Below, one piece after another: positions 11,508 through 23,051 of a DNA stretch of 64,000 nucleotides (the stretch's first letter is position 1; the number at the start of each line of letters is the position of its first letter). The DNA comes from Batkoa obscura. Lineage: Eukaryota. Position numbers and translations under genes: made by a program. Under the pieces are notes generated by a model that saw only the letters and a program-made list of their open reading frames with translations, was not told the DNA's origin and did not search any database. The DNA is taken from positions 868,001 through 932,000 of the forward strand of contig JASVEC010000017.1 of assembly GCA_030770535.1 (NCBI GenBank). The letters are read 5' to 3'.

Positions 11508-12297
11508 ATAAAAAAATAATATGAATAAGGAGTAAGAAAGTAAGAAAGTAAGAAAGTAAGAAGGAAAGTAAGAAAGTAAGAAGGGAAGTAAAAGAAAGAG
11601 ATTAGAAATATTATTAATTTAAGTGTAATTTATATAATCTAGTATTTTTAATAAATAAAATTTAATGATATTTTTGTATGAAATAATAAAAGAGTTTTAT
11701 TTTATTTGTTTTTTTATTAAATTAATAATGAAATTATAAATACTTTTAAATTTTATTTTAATAATGAAATATTCAATTTATTAATAATACATTTAGTTAA
11801 TAAATTCAATAAAATTAATGACTATTTTTAATATTCTTTATGAATTTATAATTCATATTTAATAAGAAAAATAAGTCATTAAATAGAATAAATAAATAAA
11901 TTAAATATAACTATTAAATATTCACTAAATTAATGGGACTTTGAAATCAAACTTAACTAGTTTTCTTATTTAAATATTTTAACTTTTACTTAAATCAATT
12001 ATTTTTTTTGAAATATTTATATCTTAAAAAATGACTAGGGAGTTCAATTATTATAATAAATAAGTACAACCAATATAGTTATATAATAAATAAATAATGA
12101 AATAAATAATAAATTAAATTAAATAATTATCATAATAAAATAATAAAATAATAAAATAATAAAATAATAAAATATCAAATATAAGAATATTATTACTTTA
12201 CTACTAAATAGACTTAAAATTAATTACAAAATAAATTAAATCTATTCAAATATAGAATAAACTGAAACATACGTTAAAAAAAAAGATATAAAATTAT

Positions 12298-12404
12298 ATA
12301 TGGGGGTGTCTTTTTTGGCTTCATCACTTTTTCCATCTTTTAAACGCTATTTGAGTAGAATAATTGTTAGTAAAATTCTTAAACACAAAAATACATCCCC
12401 ATAT
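12298..12404. mobile_element. ~98-bp MITE with ATAT flanks, 42 bp upstream of the amylase ATG
   Basis: ATAT|GGGGGTGTCTTTTTTGG...AAAAATACATCCCC|ATAT. Confidence 0.9.
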
Positions 12405-12446
12405 TAATTAAAAAAAGTATAAAAAATAAACTAATCTCTCTTTAAA

Positions 12447-14102
12447 ATGTATCAATTAATAATAATAATAATGATATTAATTTCTTATTTCTTATTGATT
12501 TTAATTCGATATATTCAACCTACTAATATTCAATCTACTAATATTACTACTTTCTCTCATAATACTTCCTCCTTTTATCCCACTTCTACTTCAATCAATG
12601 GTGTATTATATCAAAGTTTTGAATGGTATTTAAATAATGATAGTCAACATTATAATAATATAATGTCTTGTATCCCAGAATTATCTCATTATGGTATCTC
12701 TGCATTATGGTTACCACCAGTAAGTAAAGGAGGAGCAGGTATTAATGATGTAGGTTATGGTATTTATGATATGTATGATTTAGGTGAATTTAATCAAAAG
12801 GGTACAGTAAAAACAAAATATGGAAATAGAGAAGAGTTAATTAAATTAACTAAGAAATTAAAGGAATATAATATTAATATTTATGCGGATATGATATACA
12901 ATCATAGAGTTCAAGGGGATGAAAAGGAGAAATTCATAGTAAAGAAATGTGATTCAAATAATCGATTAATAGATATTTCAAATGAAATGTGGATTACTAG
13001 TTATACTAATTTTACATTTAAAGGTAGAAATGAAAAATATTCGAAATTTCAATTTCAAAGTTGGCATTTTACAGGAACGGATATTAATATAGATACAATG
13101 GAATATGGTATTTATAGAATATTAGGTAAAAATAAATATTGGTCATTAGAAGTAGATAAAGAATATGGAAATTATGATTATTTATTAGCTAATGATTTAG
13201 ATTTAAAACATCCAGAAGTTGAATTTGAATTAATTAAATATACTTTATGGTTGAAAAATCAATTAAATTTAAATGGTATTCGATTTGATGCAGCTAAACA
13301 TATTCATTTATCATTTATTAAAAACATAATGAAAGAGATATTAATTCAAGGAAATGAGAAGTTTTTTTTTGTAGCTGAATATTGGAGTGGAGATGTAAAT
13401 ATATTAATTGAATTTATAAAAAAGTTTAATTATAAAATACATTTATTTGATGTATCATTACATTATAATTTTTATCAAGCAAGTATTGAATTTGAAAAGT
13501 ATGATTTAAGTAAAATATTAGATAATACATTAGTAAAAGATTATCCCATTCAAGCAGTTACATTTGTAGATAATCATGATACTCAATTAGGTCAATCTTT
13601 ACAATCTTGGGTTCAAGATTGGTTTAAATTACATGCTTATTGTTTAATTTTATTAAGAGATCAAGGTTATCCAACTTTATTTTATGGAGATTATAATGGA
13701 ATAATTAATGGACCTAATAAATTTAAGGGGTTTAAATTAGAATTAAAGAAATTATTATTAATAAGAAAATTATATAATTTTGGTATACAAATAGATTATT
13801 TTAATCATCCAAATACTATTGGTTGGTTAAGATATAATAATAATAATAATAATAATAACAATAATACTAATAATATTAATAATTCATTATTTGCTGTTTT
13901 ATTATCTAATTCTAAAGATGGTTTTAAACAAATGTCATTTGGTTCAAAATTTAAATATATAAAATTAATTGATATTTTTAATACTACAAATGAAGTTGAA
14001 TTAGATTCTACAGGTACAGCATATTTTAATGTCAAATCCAAAAAAATTGCAGTATTTATTAAGTTTAATGAATTATCTAAATTTAATTCTTTATTATTAT
14101 AA
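12447..14102 (+). CDS. Alpha-amylase, GH13 subfamily 5 (bacterial liquefying type), with N-terminal hydrophobic segment; intronless
   Basis: QSFEWY, WLPPVSKG, DVGYGIYDMYDLGEFNQKGTVKTKYG; catalytic motifs GIRFDAAKH, VAEYW, FVDNHDTQ. Confidence 0.95.
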   Translation: MYQLIIIIMILISYFLLILIRYIQPTNIQSTNITTFSHNTSSFYPTSTSINGVLYQSFEWYLNNDSQHYNNIMSCIPELSHYGISALWLPPVSKGGAGINDVGYGIYDMYDLGEFNQKGTVKTKYGNREELIKLTKKLKEYNINIYADMIYNHRVQGDEKEKFIVKKCDSNNRLIDISNEMWITSYTNFTFKGRNEKYSKFQFQSWHFTGTDINIDTMEYGIYRILGKNKYWSLEVDKEYGNYDYLLANDLDLKHPEVEFELIKYTLWLKNQLNLNGIRFDAAKHIHLSFIKNIMKEILIQGNEKFFFVAEYWSGDVNILIEFIKKFNYKIHLFDVSLHYNFYQASIEFEKYDLSKILDNTLVKDYPIQAVTFVDNHDTQLGQSLQSWVQDWFKLHAYCLILLRDQGYPTLFYGDYNGIINGPNKFKGFKLELKKLLLIRKLYNFGIQIDYFNHPNTIGWLRYNNNNNNNNNNTNNINNSLFAVLLSNSKDGFKQMSFGSKFKYIKLIDIFNTTNEVELDSTGTAYFNVKSKKIAVFIKFNELSKFNSLLL

Positions 14103-14140
14103 TAATAATAATAAATAATAATATAATTTATTTATATATT

Positions 14141-15220
14141 TTAAATTTCAATATCATCATTTAACATATTACCAGCTAATTCAACTTTTTCACCTTGTTT
14201 AAATGCTGGCATACCTAAATAAGGACATGAAGCACAACGGAAGGCATCACCAAGGTAACACTAATTAAAAGAATATTAATATTTAATAAAAATTAAAATA
14301 ATAATATTCTATTAATATAAAAGAATACTTACACTACCACAACTTGATTTTACATTTGATGTATCTAAATTCTTTTTGTTATTTTCTTTCTCTTCTTCTT
14401 GTTCTAATTCAGCTAATCCACAAGTACAATTTTTACATGCTTTTTTCTTTTTTTCACTATTAGTAATAGGGGCTAATTATTATAATTAAATTTTATTAAT
14501 AATATCAATTTTAAATTAATAATATCATAAGAAACACTTAATAAATTTATCATAAAAAAAGATCTAATATTTAAATATTTAAACATTTAAACTTACCACA
14601 TAAACTATCTTCATTGGGTTTAATAAAATCTTTATCATCCACTAATTCATCTTCATTTAATAATTCATTCTCTTCCATTTTATCCCATAAATATTTTTTC
14701 TTAGATGTTTTGGATTTTAAATTTAATTTATTCATTTTTATATATTTTGGTTTTTCTGCAATATACTAAAATAAAAAAGTAAATATTAAAATTAATATAC
14801 ATCAATACTTTTCATAATTTACTTTTTTTGTTCCCTCATCAAATTTAACTTCTACAAACCCATTTAATTTAATTTCTTTCTCTACATTAATATTACTCTC
14901 TTTATCTTTCAAATCAATCATCACTTTCCCACCTTTTTTTAAATAGTTATAAATCGATTTAATACTTCTTAAACCAATTAAACTGAGAATTGTTACACTA
15001 TCATATTCTTCATTATAATTGACCTCTAATTAAAGATAATATATTAATATCAAAGTAGTAACAAAAGATAGAATGTGAATCACTTACCTGAATTGATGAT
15101 GCGTTCATCAACTTCAATATCAACTTGAGTATATTCAGAACTAAGTTTTTGTTTCTCAATTTGTAATTGAGTTTGATTTAAATCAAGATTAATAATTAAT
15201 AAAGCTTTAGTGGAAGTCAT
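14141..15220 (-). CDS. DRE2: Fe-S cluster assembly protein Dre2/anamorsin, multi-exon
   Basis: Minus-strand exons give [14 protein letters not shown] and [34 protein letters not shown] at 15220. Missed by the ORF track because of introns. Confidence 0.93.
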
Positions 15221-15922
15221 AATATTAGATCAATTGTTTTATATTGTATTATTGTTTCTATTGATGTATTTAAATTGTAATCGTATTGAACTTTAATAAC
15301 TCTTATATTTATAAATAAAAAATATTCAAATTGGGATTTAAAAAGTTTCAATTATTCTACTTTTGATTTTTTATTAGATTATTAATCCTATTCACAAGTT
15401 AAATTCTTTATTTTGGACTAAGCATTACTATTTTTTTTAGTAAGTAGTCAATTAGTTGGATTCATTATGATTCCTCTCTATCTTTAGATCAAATGATAAT
15501 GATTTGATTGATTACAGATAAGCTTTTATTGGTTCTAGATAACCGCTAATTGAGGATTTTGAGTACTATTTTTTTAGTTAGAAAATTATCTTTAATTAGT
15601 TGAAAATAATATAAGCTAGTTTTCTAATATCTTTTATCAATATGATATATTTAATGTTAATTATGATAGTATTAAATTGAATATAAAATATTTCATTTTA
15701 TTTAAATGCAATCAAACAAAAATAAAAATAAAAATTAACTTGAAAAATTTTCCAAAATATTTAGTGGTAATTAATTGATTTTACAAGCTAATTTGAATTT
15801 TTCTGTATCAAGTTAAACATGAACTCAAAACGGTAACTAACATTAAAAAATTAATATATAAATAACTTATTAACTCAACAAAAAAGACATAAACTAAAAC
15901 AATTAATTTATATCAATTTAAA

Positions 15923-16370
15923 ATGTAATTCATTCACTTCCTCTTTGTCATATTACCCTTCATTTTATCAATCCCTGTACCTCAAAGTAATTATATTATA
16001 AAAACAAGGTTTAATAGTTCAGTTTATAGTATTTTATAGTATTTTATAATATTTTATTTTATTTTTATTAGATTTATCTGTTATTGATAATATTGCTATT
16101 GATGATATTTTGTTAAAAATATCTCAAAGTAATGGTAAAAGTGGCTAAGATAGTGATCGAGAACAAAATATTAATTCATTTACTGATATTGGTTTCTGTG
16201 AATGTAAATAATAGCGGATCTCAGGATAAAAGTAATTTCTTTTTTTACTGAAAATATTGGCTAGTAATTGTTTTTCTTATGCAATAGTCTTGGAATTAAA
16301 TACAGTAATCAATTGAAAATTCCTTTAAGGGTTTTGAAGGTAGAAGTAGTGATAATGAAGATGAAGTTTG
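15923..16370 (+). pseudogene. Disabled member of the small secreted-protein family
   Basis: ATG TAA TTC ATT CAC TTC CTC... reads M*FIHFLFVILPFILSIPVPQ, homologous to the signal peptides at 20077, 22255 and 25441. Downstream extent uncertain (possible intron, several stops). Confidence 0.6.
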
Positions 16371-17054
16371 ATATAAGATGTTTTAGTGAATAAAATTCAT
16401 AATTCTATTTAATTTTAATAAAAAATTTATGCTATTAAAGTAAAATTATTACTTAAAAGGTAATAAAATTAATGTTTAATATTTAATTATATACAATAAC
16501 ATTTTTAGATAAAATAGTACTATTAATAAGAATATAATTAAAAAATTTAATAACTAATTTAAAAGTAAAGTTTAATAGTTTTAATAAAATATAATAAGAC
16601 AATTATTAAAATAAAAGTATAAAACAATATTAAGAGGATGTTTAAATAATAAATAAATAAGCTATATAAAAAATAAAATAAACTAATATTATTAATAAAT
16701 TATATATAAAAACTAATAAAAAAACAAAGGTAATTAAAGAATAAAATAAGTTTATTAAACCAAATATAATAAATTTTTTAAAAAAAAGTTGTAATATTAA
16801 AAAGTTTTTTTATATTTTGCATTAAAGTGCTATATATAAGCAATATAAATGTTAAAGTGTAAGTATAGTGTTTTCTATAATTAAAAAATGAAAATTTTTA
16901 TTATAAATTTAAATAAAAGCATTTTAAATTAATTATGCATAAATTTAAAAATACATTTGATTAGATTTATTATTAAGTTATAATTAAATATTAAAATAAT
17001 AAAATGATAATTTTTAAAAAGCTAAATATATAATTAACATTTTGTTAATATAAC

Positions 17055-17518
17055 TGTGAAATATTGGTTTATCAGCTCTCGGATTGATTATAACACAACA
17101 ATCACTTAAGTTACTGTGTTCTCAAGTTCAAATACAATCAATTCAGAGTCCCTTATTTTGATTTACTGGGAAAACTTCTAACTTCGCATTGCAAAGAATA
17201 TTATTTTCTCGTTTTGATATCCATACTTGTTGGAGTATAAAAGAGATTCTTCAACATGATAACTCGAAGTTTTTTAACTGAATTACTCCCTGATATCGTA
17301 CTATTAATAAAGCCACTAAGTCTTTCTGACAACGTCTTGGGTAGATTTTACAGTATTATTGTTTATTATATTTGTTTTACATAGTTCGTAACTTATTACG
17401 TATTATTCTTGTTCATTTAAGTCTATCTTAGTTACATAAACTAAGACTGTTCGACTCAAGGCAACTTAATCAACCAAGAACTGCTTTTAACTCCAATCAA
17501 TGAGTACCAACTTTCACA
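17055..17518 (-). mobile_element. Solo-LTR-like element (about 464 bp)
   Basis: Ends TGTGAAA...TTTCACA; inverted homolog of 18294..18715 and 63619..64000. No PBS or internal ORF adjacent; TSD imperfect (TAAC/TAAA). Confidence 0.7.
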
Positions 17519-18293
17519 TAAACATTTATTTTTAATATTTAGAATTAAAGTTAAATAATTATTTTTTTTATATTTTTTATATTTTAAATTTTAAACTTGT
17601 TATCAATAAAAATAAGTTAAATTTATAAACTTTAATAATAATTTATAATAAGTTGATTTTAAAATTAATTTTATTTTTAATAAATTAAGCATTATAAAAT
17701 ATTAATACTTTTTAATTTAAAATTTTTATTTTTATTTTTATTTTTATTTTTATTTTTATTTTTATTTTTAAATTAAATTATTTGTTATTAGCTTATCTAA
17801 ATAAATATAATTATTATAATATAAGCTTATTATAAATATAAAAATCGTTATTTTAAAAATGCTATATTTTAATTAAAAACATATTAAATAAAATAATACT
17901 ATTTATACAAATTAGTTTAAACAAAAAGATTTCAAAATCAATTTAAACTTTTAATAGTTTTAAATAGTTTAACAAAACAATATAAATTATAAAATTAATT
18001 TTTATAGTCTATATTTTAACTATTTAAATAATTATTATGCTTTATTTTTATATTAAAATTTATATATTTTATTTAATTTATTTTCCTAATTTTATTTTTT
18101 ATTTTTTATAATTTATATAATAATTGCATATTATGCTTATAAATTAAAACTTATTTTAATTACATGACTTGAAATATATAATTATCAGCTTTATATAAAA
18201 TTATGATGTTATGCAAACAGCTGCTTTTATTTAAAATACATCCCCATTTTAGTATAGGTATTTTTTTAAATATTTGTATTATTATTTCTATTG

Positions 18294-18715
18294 TGTGAAA
18301 GTTGATACTCAATAGTCGGAGTTAAAAGCTACTCTTGTTTAATTAACTTGCCTTGAGTCGAACGGTCTTAGTTTATATAACTAAGATAGACTTAACTTAA
18401 TAAGAATAGTATGCAATAGGCTATGCGAAAGACTTAGTGACTTTATTAATGATACATTATCAGGGAGTAATTCAATTAAAAAGTCTCGAGTTAGTACGTT
18501 GAAGGATCTCTTTTATACTCCAACTGGGTGGTTATATATAGGGAATATAATAACAGTTATTCCTTATTATAGTTGCCAAGTATGGACATTAAAACATGGG
18601 CAATAAGTTCTTCATAATCAGATGGTAGTAATTCTCACAGTAAATCTATATAAGGAACTCTGAATTGATTATTATATTATAATCAACCATAGAGCTAATG
18701 AACCGATATTTCACA
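18294..18715 (+). mobile_element. Solo-LTR-like element, diverged copy with indels
   Basis: TGTGAAAGTTGATACTC...CGATATTTCACA; shares TTGCCTTGAGTCGAA and CAGGGAGTAATTCA with the other copies. No clean TSD. Confidence 0.7.
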
Positions 18716-18940
18716 AAATTTAAAAAAAATTAATATAAGAAATATTTTTAAAAGATCATCAAATTATTAAAATATTTTAATAAAAAAAATTACAAGTTTT
18801 TATTTAAAGTTTAATATTATAATACTTTATCATCTAACAAACTATTATAAGTTTTTTTCTATAAAACATTCAGCTTTTTACTTTTTATAAAATTAATACT
18901 AAAAAAACCAAATATTTCAGATAGTAAAGTAAAATAATAT

Positions 18941-19038
18941 AGTTTTTTTTTTGGTTTTATCACTTCTTCCATTTTTCAAGCTCTATTTAAGTAGAAAAAC
19001 TATCAGTATAATTCTCAAACAAAAAAACACATCCCTAT
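18941..19038. mobile_element. Degenerate ~98-bp MITE copy
   Basis: TTTTTTGGTTTTATCACTTCTTCC...AAACAAAAAAACACATCCCTAT. Confidence 0.65.
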
Positions 19039-19373
19039 GTATTTGCTAAAACTTAACTTTTTGTTTAAAGGTATAAAAAAATTACTAACAAAATTTAGGT
19101 TAGTAGTATTCACTTCCTTTTATTATATCTAAGAGTTAAATAATTTAGTTAATATCAAACTTTGTATTTGTTTCATTTACAGCATATATAATATGCTTTA
19201 AAAAAAAACTGAGCCATATCCTTTTTGCCCATCTATCCTTAGAACTTTTGGATCTCTCCTCATATCAAAGCTATATAAAATGAGTATCAAATCCCTTATA
19301 TTCCCAATTTCTTATATGAGTTCAATGTTTTAACTATTATCACTAAAATTGATTAACTTGAAGATGAATATCT

Positions 19374-19480
19374 ATATGGGGGTGTTTTTTTTGGTTTCAT
19401 TATTTTTTCCATCTTTTAAGCGCTATTTCAGCAGAAAGATTGTTAGTAAAATTCTTAAACATAAAAATACATCACCATAT
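19374..19480. mobile_element. ~98-bp MITE with ATAT flanks (left arm of an inverted pair)
   Basis: ATAT|GGGGGTGTTTTTTTGG...AAAAATACATCACC|ATAT. Confidence 0.9.
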
Positions 19481-19507
19481 GTTCAATGTTTGCAATATTA
19501 ATACTTT

Positions 19508-19612
19508 ATATGAGGATGTATTTTTATGTTTAAGAATTTTACTAACGACTTTTCCGCTCAAATAGCGCTTAAAAATGGAAAAAGTAATGAGCCCAAAAAA
19601 ACACCCCCATAT
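19508..19612. mobile_element. ~98-bp MITE with ATAT flanks (right arm of an inverted pair)
   Basis: ATAT|GAGGATGTATTTTTATG...CCAAAAAAACACCCCC|ATAT. Confidence 0.9.
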
Positions 19613-19753
19613 TACATTTAATAACTTTAAAATTCTAATGCTAATTTAAACTAGCAAAATTGATTTTAAAAAAAAGTAAAACATCACATTAAAGTTTAAT
19701 TCCTATCTTTATTAAATCTAAGGTTAAAAGCTGTTCGATTCCTTCAATAAGTC

Positions 19754-20077
19754 TTATAAATTTTGATTAGTTTTTTCAATATTAGTTGACGAGTCCTGGA
19801 CTTTCATCTCCGCTTGTTTCAAATCAGATGGGATCTTCGTAAGGCTATCCGCTTGATTACTTTGACTTAAAACTGGTTGTAATTTTGTGCTACTTTGCTG
19901 ATCTTTAGATGCAAATTTGAGGGAGGGTTTAGTTAATTTTGATATAGCTTCGGGTATATGTTCTTGAAATGCAGGATTAAAAGCTTGTAAATCATTATCG
20001 TTTTTAGCAATGGATTGAGGTAATGTAAAGGAGAAAATTAATGGTAAAGACGTGAGGAAGGAATAAGTGAAATGCAT
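19754..20077 (-). CDS. Small secreted protein, lineage-specific family
   Basis: 107 aa, signal-peptide-like MHFTYSFLTSLPLIFSFTLPQ, no Cys; TAGTATATAA upstream; paralogs nearby. Confidence 0.7.
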   Translation of the reverse strand: MHFTYSFLTSLPLIFSFTLPQSIAKNDNDLQAFNPAFQEHIPEAISKLTKPSLKFASKDQQSSTKLQPVLSQSNQADSLTKIPSDLKQAEMKVQDSSTNIEKTNQNL

Positions 20078-20373
20078 TTTTTCTAGAGATGAGATTTAGT
20101 TGTTTATGTTTTGCTATTCTTTTTCCGGAATATTGAATTATATACTAAATTTTTAAGTTGAATTCGGTAAATTCAGAGTTTATCATATCATAGGAAACTA
20201 AAAATCGAGTTCGGAGAATTAATAGCTCTAAATTTTTAATAAAAATAAAAATAATAATTTAATAAATTTTAATATAAATTTAAGCTTTAAGGTTTTATTA
20301 AAAAATTACTTTTAGATGTCTATATCAAATTTCTTTAACTTCAATACTTTAAATTGGAATTTAAAAACATTAT

Positions 20374-20468
20374 ATATGAGCATGTATCTTTTTTAAGAAT
20401 TCTATAATTTTTCCACTCAATAACGCTTAAAAAATAAATAAATGAAGCTAAAAAAAACATTTTATATA
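20374..20468. mobile_element. Degenerate ~98-bp MITE copy
   Basis: ATAT|GAGCATGTATCTTTTTTAAGAATT...TTCCACTCAATAACGCTTAAAA...GAAGCTAAAAAAAACAT. Confidence 0.65.
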
Positions 20469-20981
20469 TTTCCTTATAAAATCATTCAAAGCTATTTAGC
20501 CTCTTAAAAAATTAATATTATGTATGTAGAATCAAGCAACCACTTGATAAACTAATAGTAATAGTCACTCTATTCATGAGTACTTTGGTCCTTTGATCAA
20601 CACCATCTAATAAACCTAAAAGCTGTGATAAAATAAAATAAAATAAGGAAAAAGGAATTAAATTATGTTTTGTATATATATCAAAGTTTTCTACATTTTA
20701 GTCAAGTGATTAAAGCTTGTTTTACATTATTTTTAACCTAACACAATACTATTAAGGTAAACAAAAATTTATAACTAAGTTTATAATAATTTCTGTTAAT
20801 ATCAACTTCAATCACTTGATTATGTCAATAATTTGGTTTAATAATTTTCAATATTTTTGCATAAAATTAAATAAAACAATAATAAAATTATTTATTAAAA
20901 AACTTTGTCAATACAAAACAAAGCTATAAAGTTAGGTTATTAAGTACATCTAATATCATATTTTTTGACTAATTATTAAAC

Positions 20982-21088
20982 ATATTGGGATGTATTTTTT
21001 TATTTTAAGGATTTTACTAACAATTATTTTACTCAAGTAGTGCTTAAAAAACGGAAAAAGTGATGAAACCAAAAAAACACCCTCATAT
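20982..21088. mobile_element. ~98-bp MITE with ATAT flanks
   Basis: ATAT|TGGGATGTATTTTTT...CCAAAAAAACACCCTC|ATAT. Confidence 0.85.
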
Positions 21089-21516
21089 TATGAAGGTCTG
21101 ATTATATCTCGAAGGTGAGTAATTTGATTAATATCAAACCTTATATGTATTCTATTTGTAAAACATATAATAAACTGTGTAAAAAAAGATAGATTCATAT
21201 CTTCTTTATTCCATCTATTCTGAGAACTTTTTAATCTTTGCTCGTATTTAGGAGTAATAAAAAAAGTTAGTATAGTATGTAAGTCATTAAGTAAAAAAAG
21301 AAATTTACTTTTATAAAAACCAAAGTTATTCAATCTTTCATTGAATGTTAATTTTAAAAAAATAATATTACCTCTTTTTTTTATATCATCATTTTAACTT
21401 ACTATATATAAAATTGAAGCTTACAAAAGTATAAAAAAGATAGTAAATCACTTTTAAAAAAAAAGTATATAAACAAAATATTAAAAAATAATGACCTACA
21501 ATATATATATATATAA

Positions 21517-21753
21517 ATGCAATTCAATTATTGATTTTTATTGATTTTACCTTTAATTTCTTTGCTTTCATTACCTCAAACCAACGTTAATAAAAATGCC
21601 CAGGGTTTACAAGCTCCCAATGCACTAACTCCAAAAGTAATTTTACAAGATTCTCCTAATTCAAAAAACTCATCACATGGGCTTTCAGACATCGTTGAAG
21701 GACTTATTACCAAAACTAATTTAGGAGTAATTCTTCCCAATTCAAAAAAATAG
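21517..21753 (+). pseudogene. Small secreted-protein family member with stop at codon 6
   Basis: ATG CAA TTC AAT TAT TGA TTT TTA, in frame with ORF 21541: MQFNY*FLLILPLISLLSLPQTNVNKN. Confidence 0.7.
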
Positions 21754-22254
21754 ATTAACTTTTTAATTAACTTTTATTAAAAAAGTTAAAGGTTTCTTGT
21801 TTACTTTTCACTGTCTATTGAAATAAGAAAGTTTAAGCTAATCTAAAGAGTTTCCAATTGAGTAGATATCGGTGTAATCTTAGACAAGGGTTTAATTCGA
21901 TATAGAGAGTATGTATAGAGAATATTTTAGAATTATTATTTACAAGTTAAATGAATAGTACTAATGTACTAAATTATTTTACAATTATTTTACAATGATT
22001 TTTGATTTTATTATAAAAAGATAATAAATTGATTTAATATAAAGAATAAAAGTCTATTAATTTTTATTTCATTAAATGCCAATTTAAATCAACAATCAAA
22101 CTAAAGATTCTTTAGTTTCCGAGCCTAGTTTTTAATTTCCTAAACTGGATTTAAAACGTAATAGATTTAATAAAACATTAAAAAGTAGTATATAACTAAC
22201 ATTTTAAACAAACGAAATCCAACTAAATTTCATAATTTTTATTCTCATAAAAAA

Positions 22255-22488
22255 ATGCATATCATTCACCTCTTCCTCGCATTCTTACCATTAATCTTTT
22301 CTCGCTCATTATCTAAGGCCAATCTAGATAAAAGTCAAAATAATATGGAAGCTTTTGATGATGGATTGAAACAAACGTTATCAAAAGCAAAATCTACTTC
22401 CGAAAAACAACTCTCGGATGTTGCTTCTAACTTTGAACAATTACTTTCCAGAGTAGATGGCTTTAGATCAATTAATACCAAAACATAA
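22255..22488 (+). CDS. Small secreted protein, lineage-specific family
   Basis: 77 aa, MHIIHLFLAFLPLIFSRSLSKANLDKSQNN; TAGTATATAA about 65 bp upstream. Confidence 0.7.
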   Translation: MHIIHLFLAFLPLIFSRSLSKANLDKSQNNMEAFDDGLKQTLSKAKSTSEKQLSDVASNFEQLLSRVDGFRSINTKT

Positions 22489-23051
22489 GTTATATCCGCT
22501 AAGTTGGATAAGTTTAAAGTAGGGATGGAATTTCATTGTACCGTTTCTATCGTATTTGGTAGTAAAATTTAAGTTGAATTATGTTCATTGATCTACTTTA
22601 ATAAAAGTATAAAAAACATAACTATGGCCTTATATGTTTTTAGATTTAATGCGAGTGGACTTGAGTATTGGAGATATCAATTGTTAAACTTTTTATCTTT
22701 TAAATAATTGAATGTAGAAGTTCTAGCAAAAATATTTGATTATACCTATAAACATCTTGTATTAGAGTTTTTATGTCTAGTTTATAGCTATAGTACTTGC
22801 TATTTAATACTAACAATTGTCTTATTTCAATATTTATTCTTATTTTAATAAAGTCAGGTTTTTATAAAAAGAATAGAAAAAAGAACGAGTTTAAACTTAA
22901 AATTCATTGTTCAATTTAAATATTAATATGAAATTAATTTTTAATTTCTTATAATAAGTTGTCTTTAAACGTAAAAATTATAGAAAATATTTTAAAAAAC
23001 TAACATATAAATAATCATTAAAAAAATAGATATAAAAAAATTATTCTCAAA

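Noticed and set aside
20520..20770. Possible eighth, minus-strand relic of the secreted-protein family (SQLLGLLDGVDQRTK)
   Set aside because: Only weak similarity to EQLLSRVDG of 22255 and no recognisable leader or start; not supportable.
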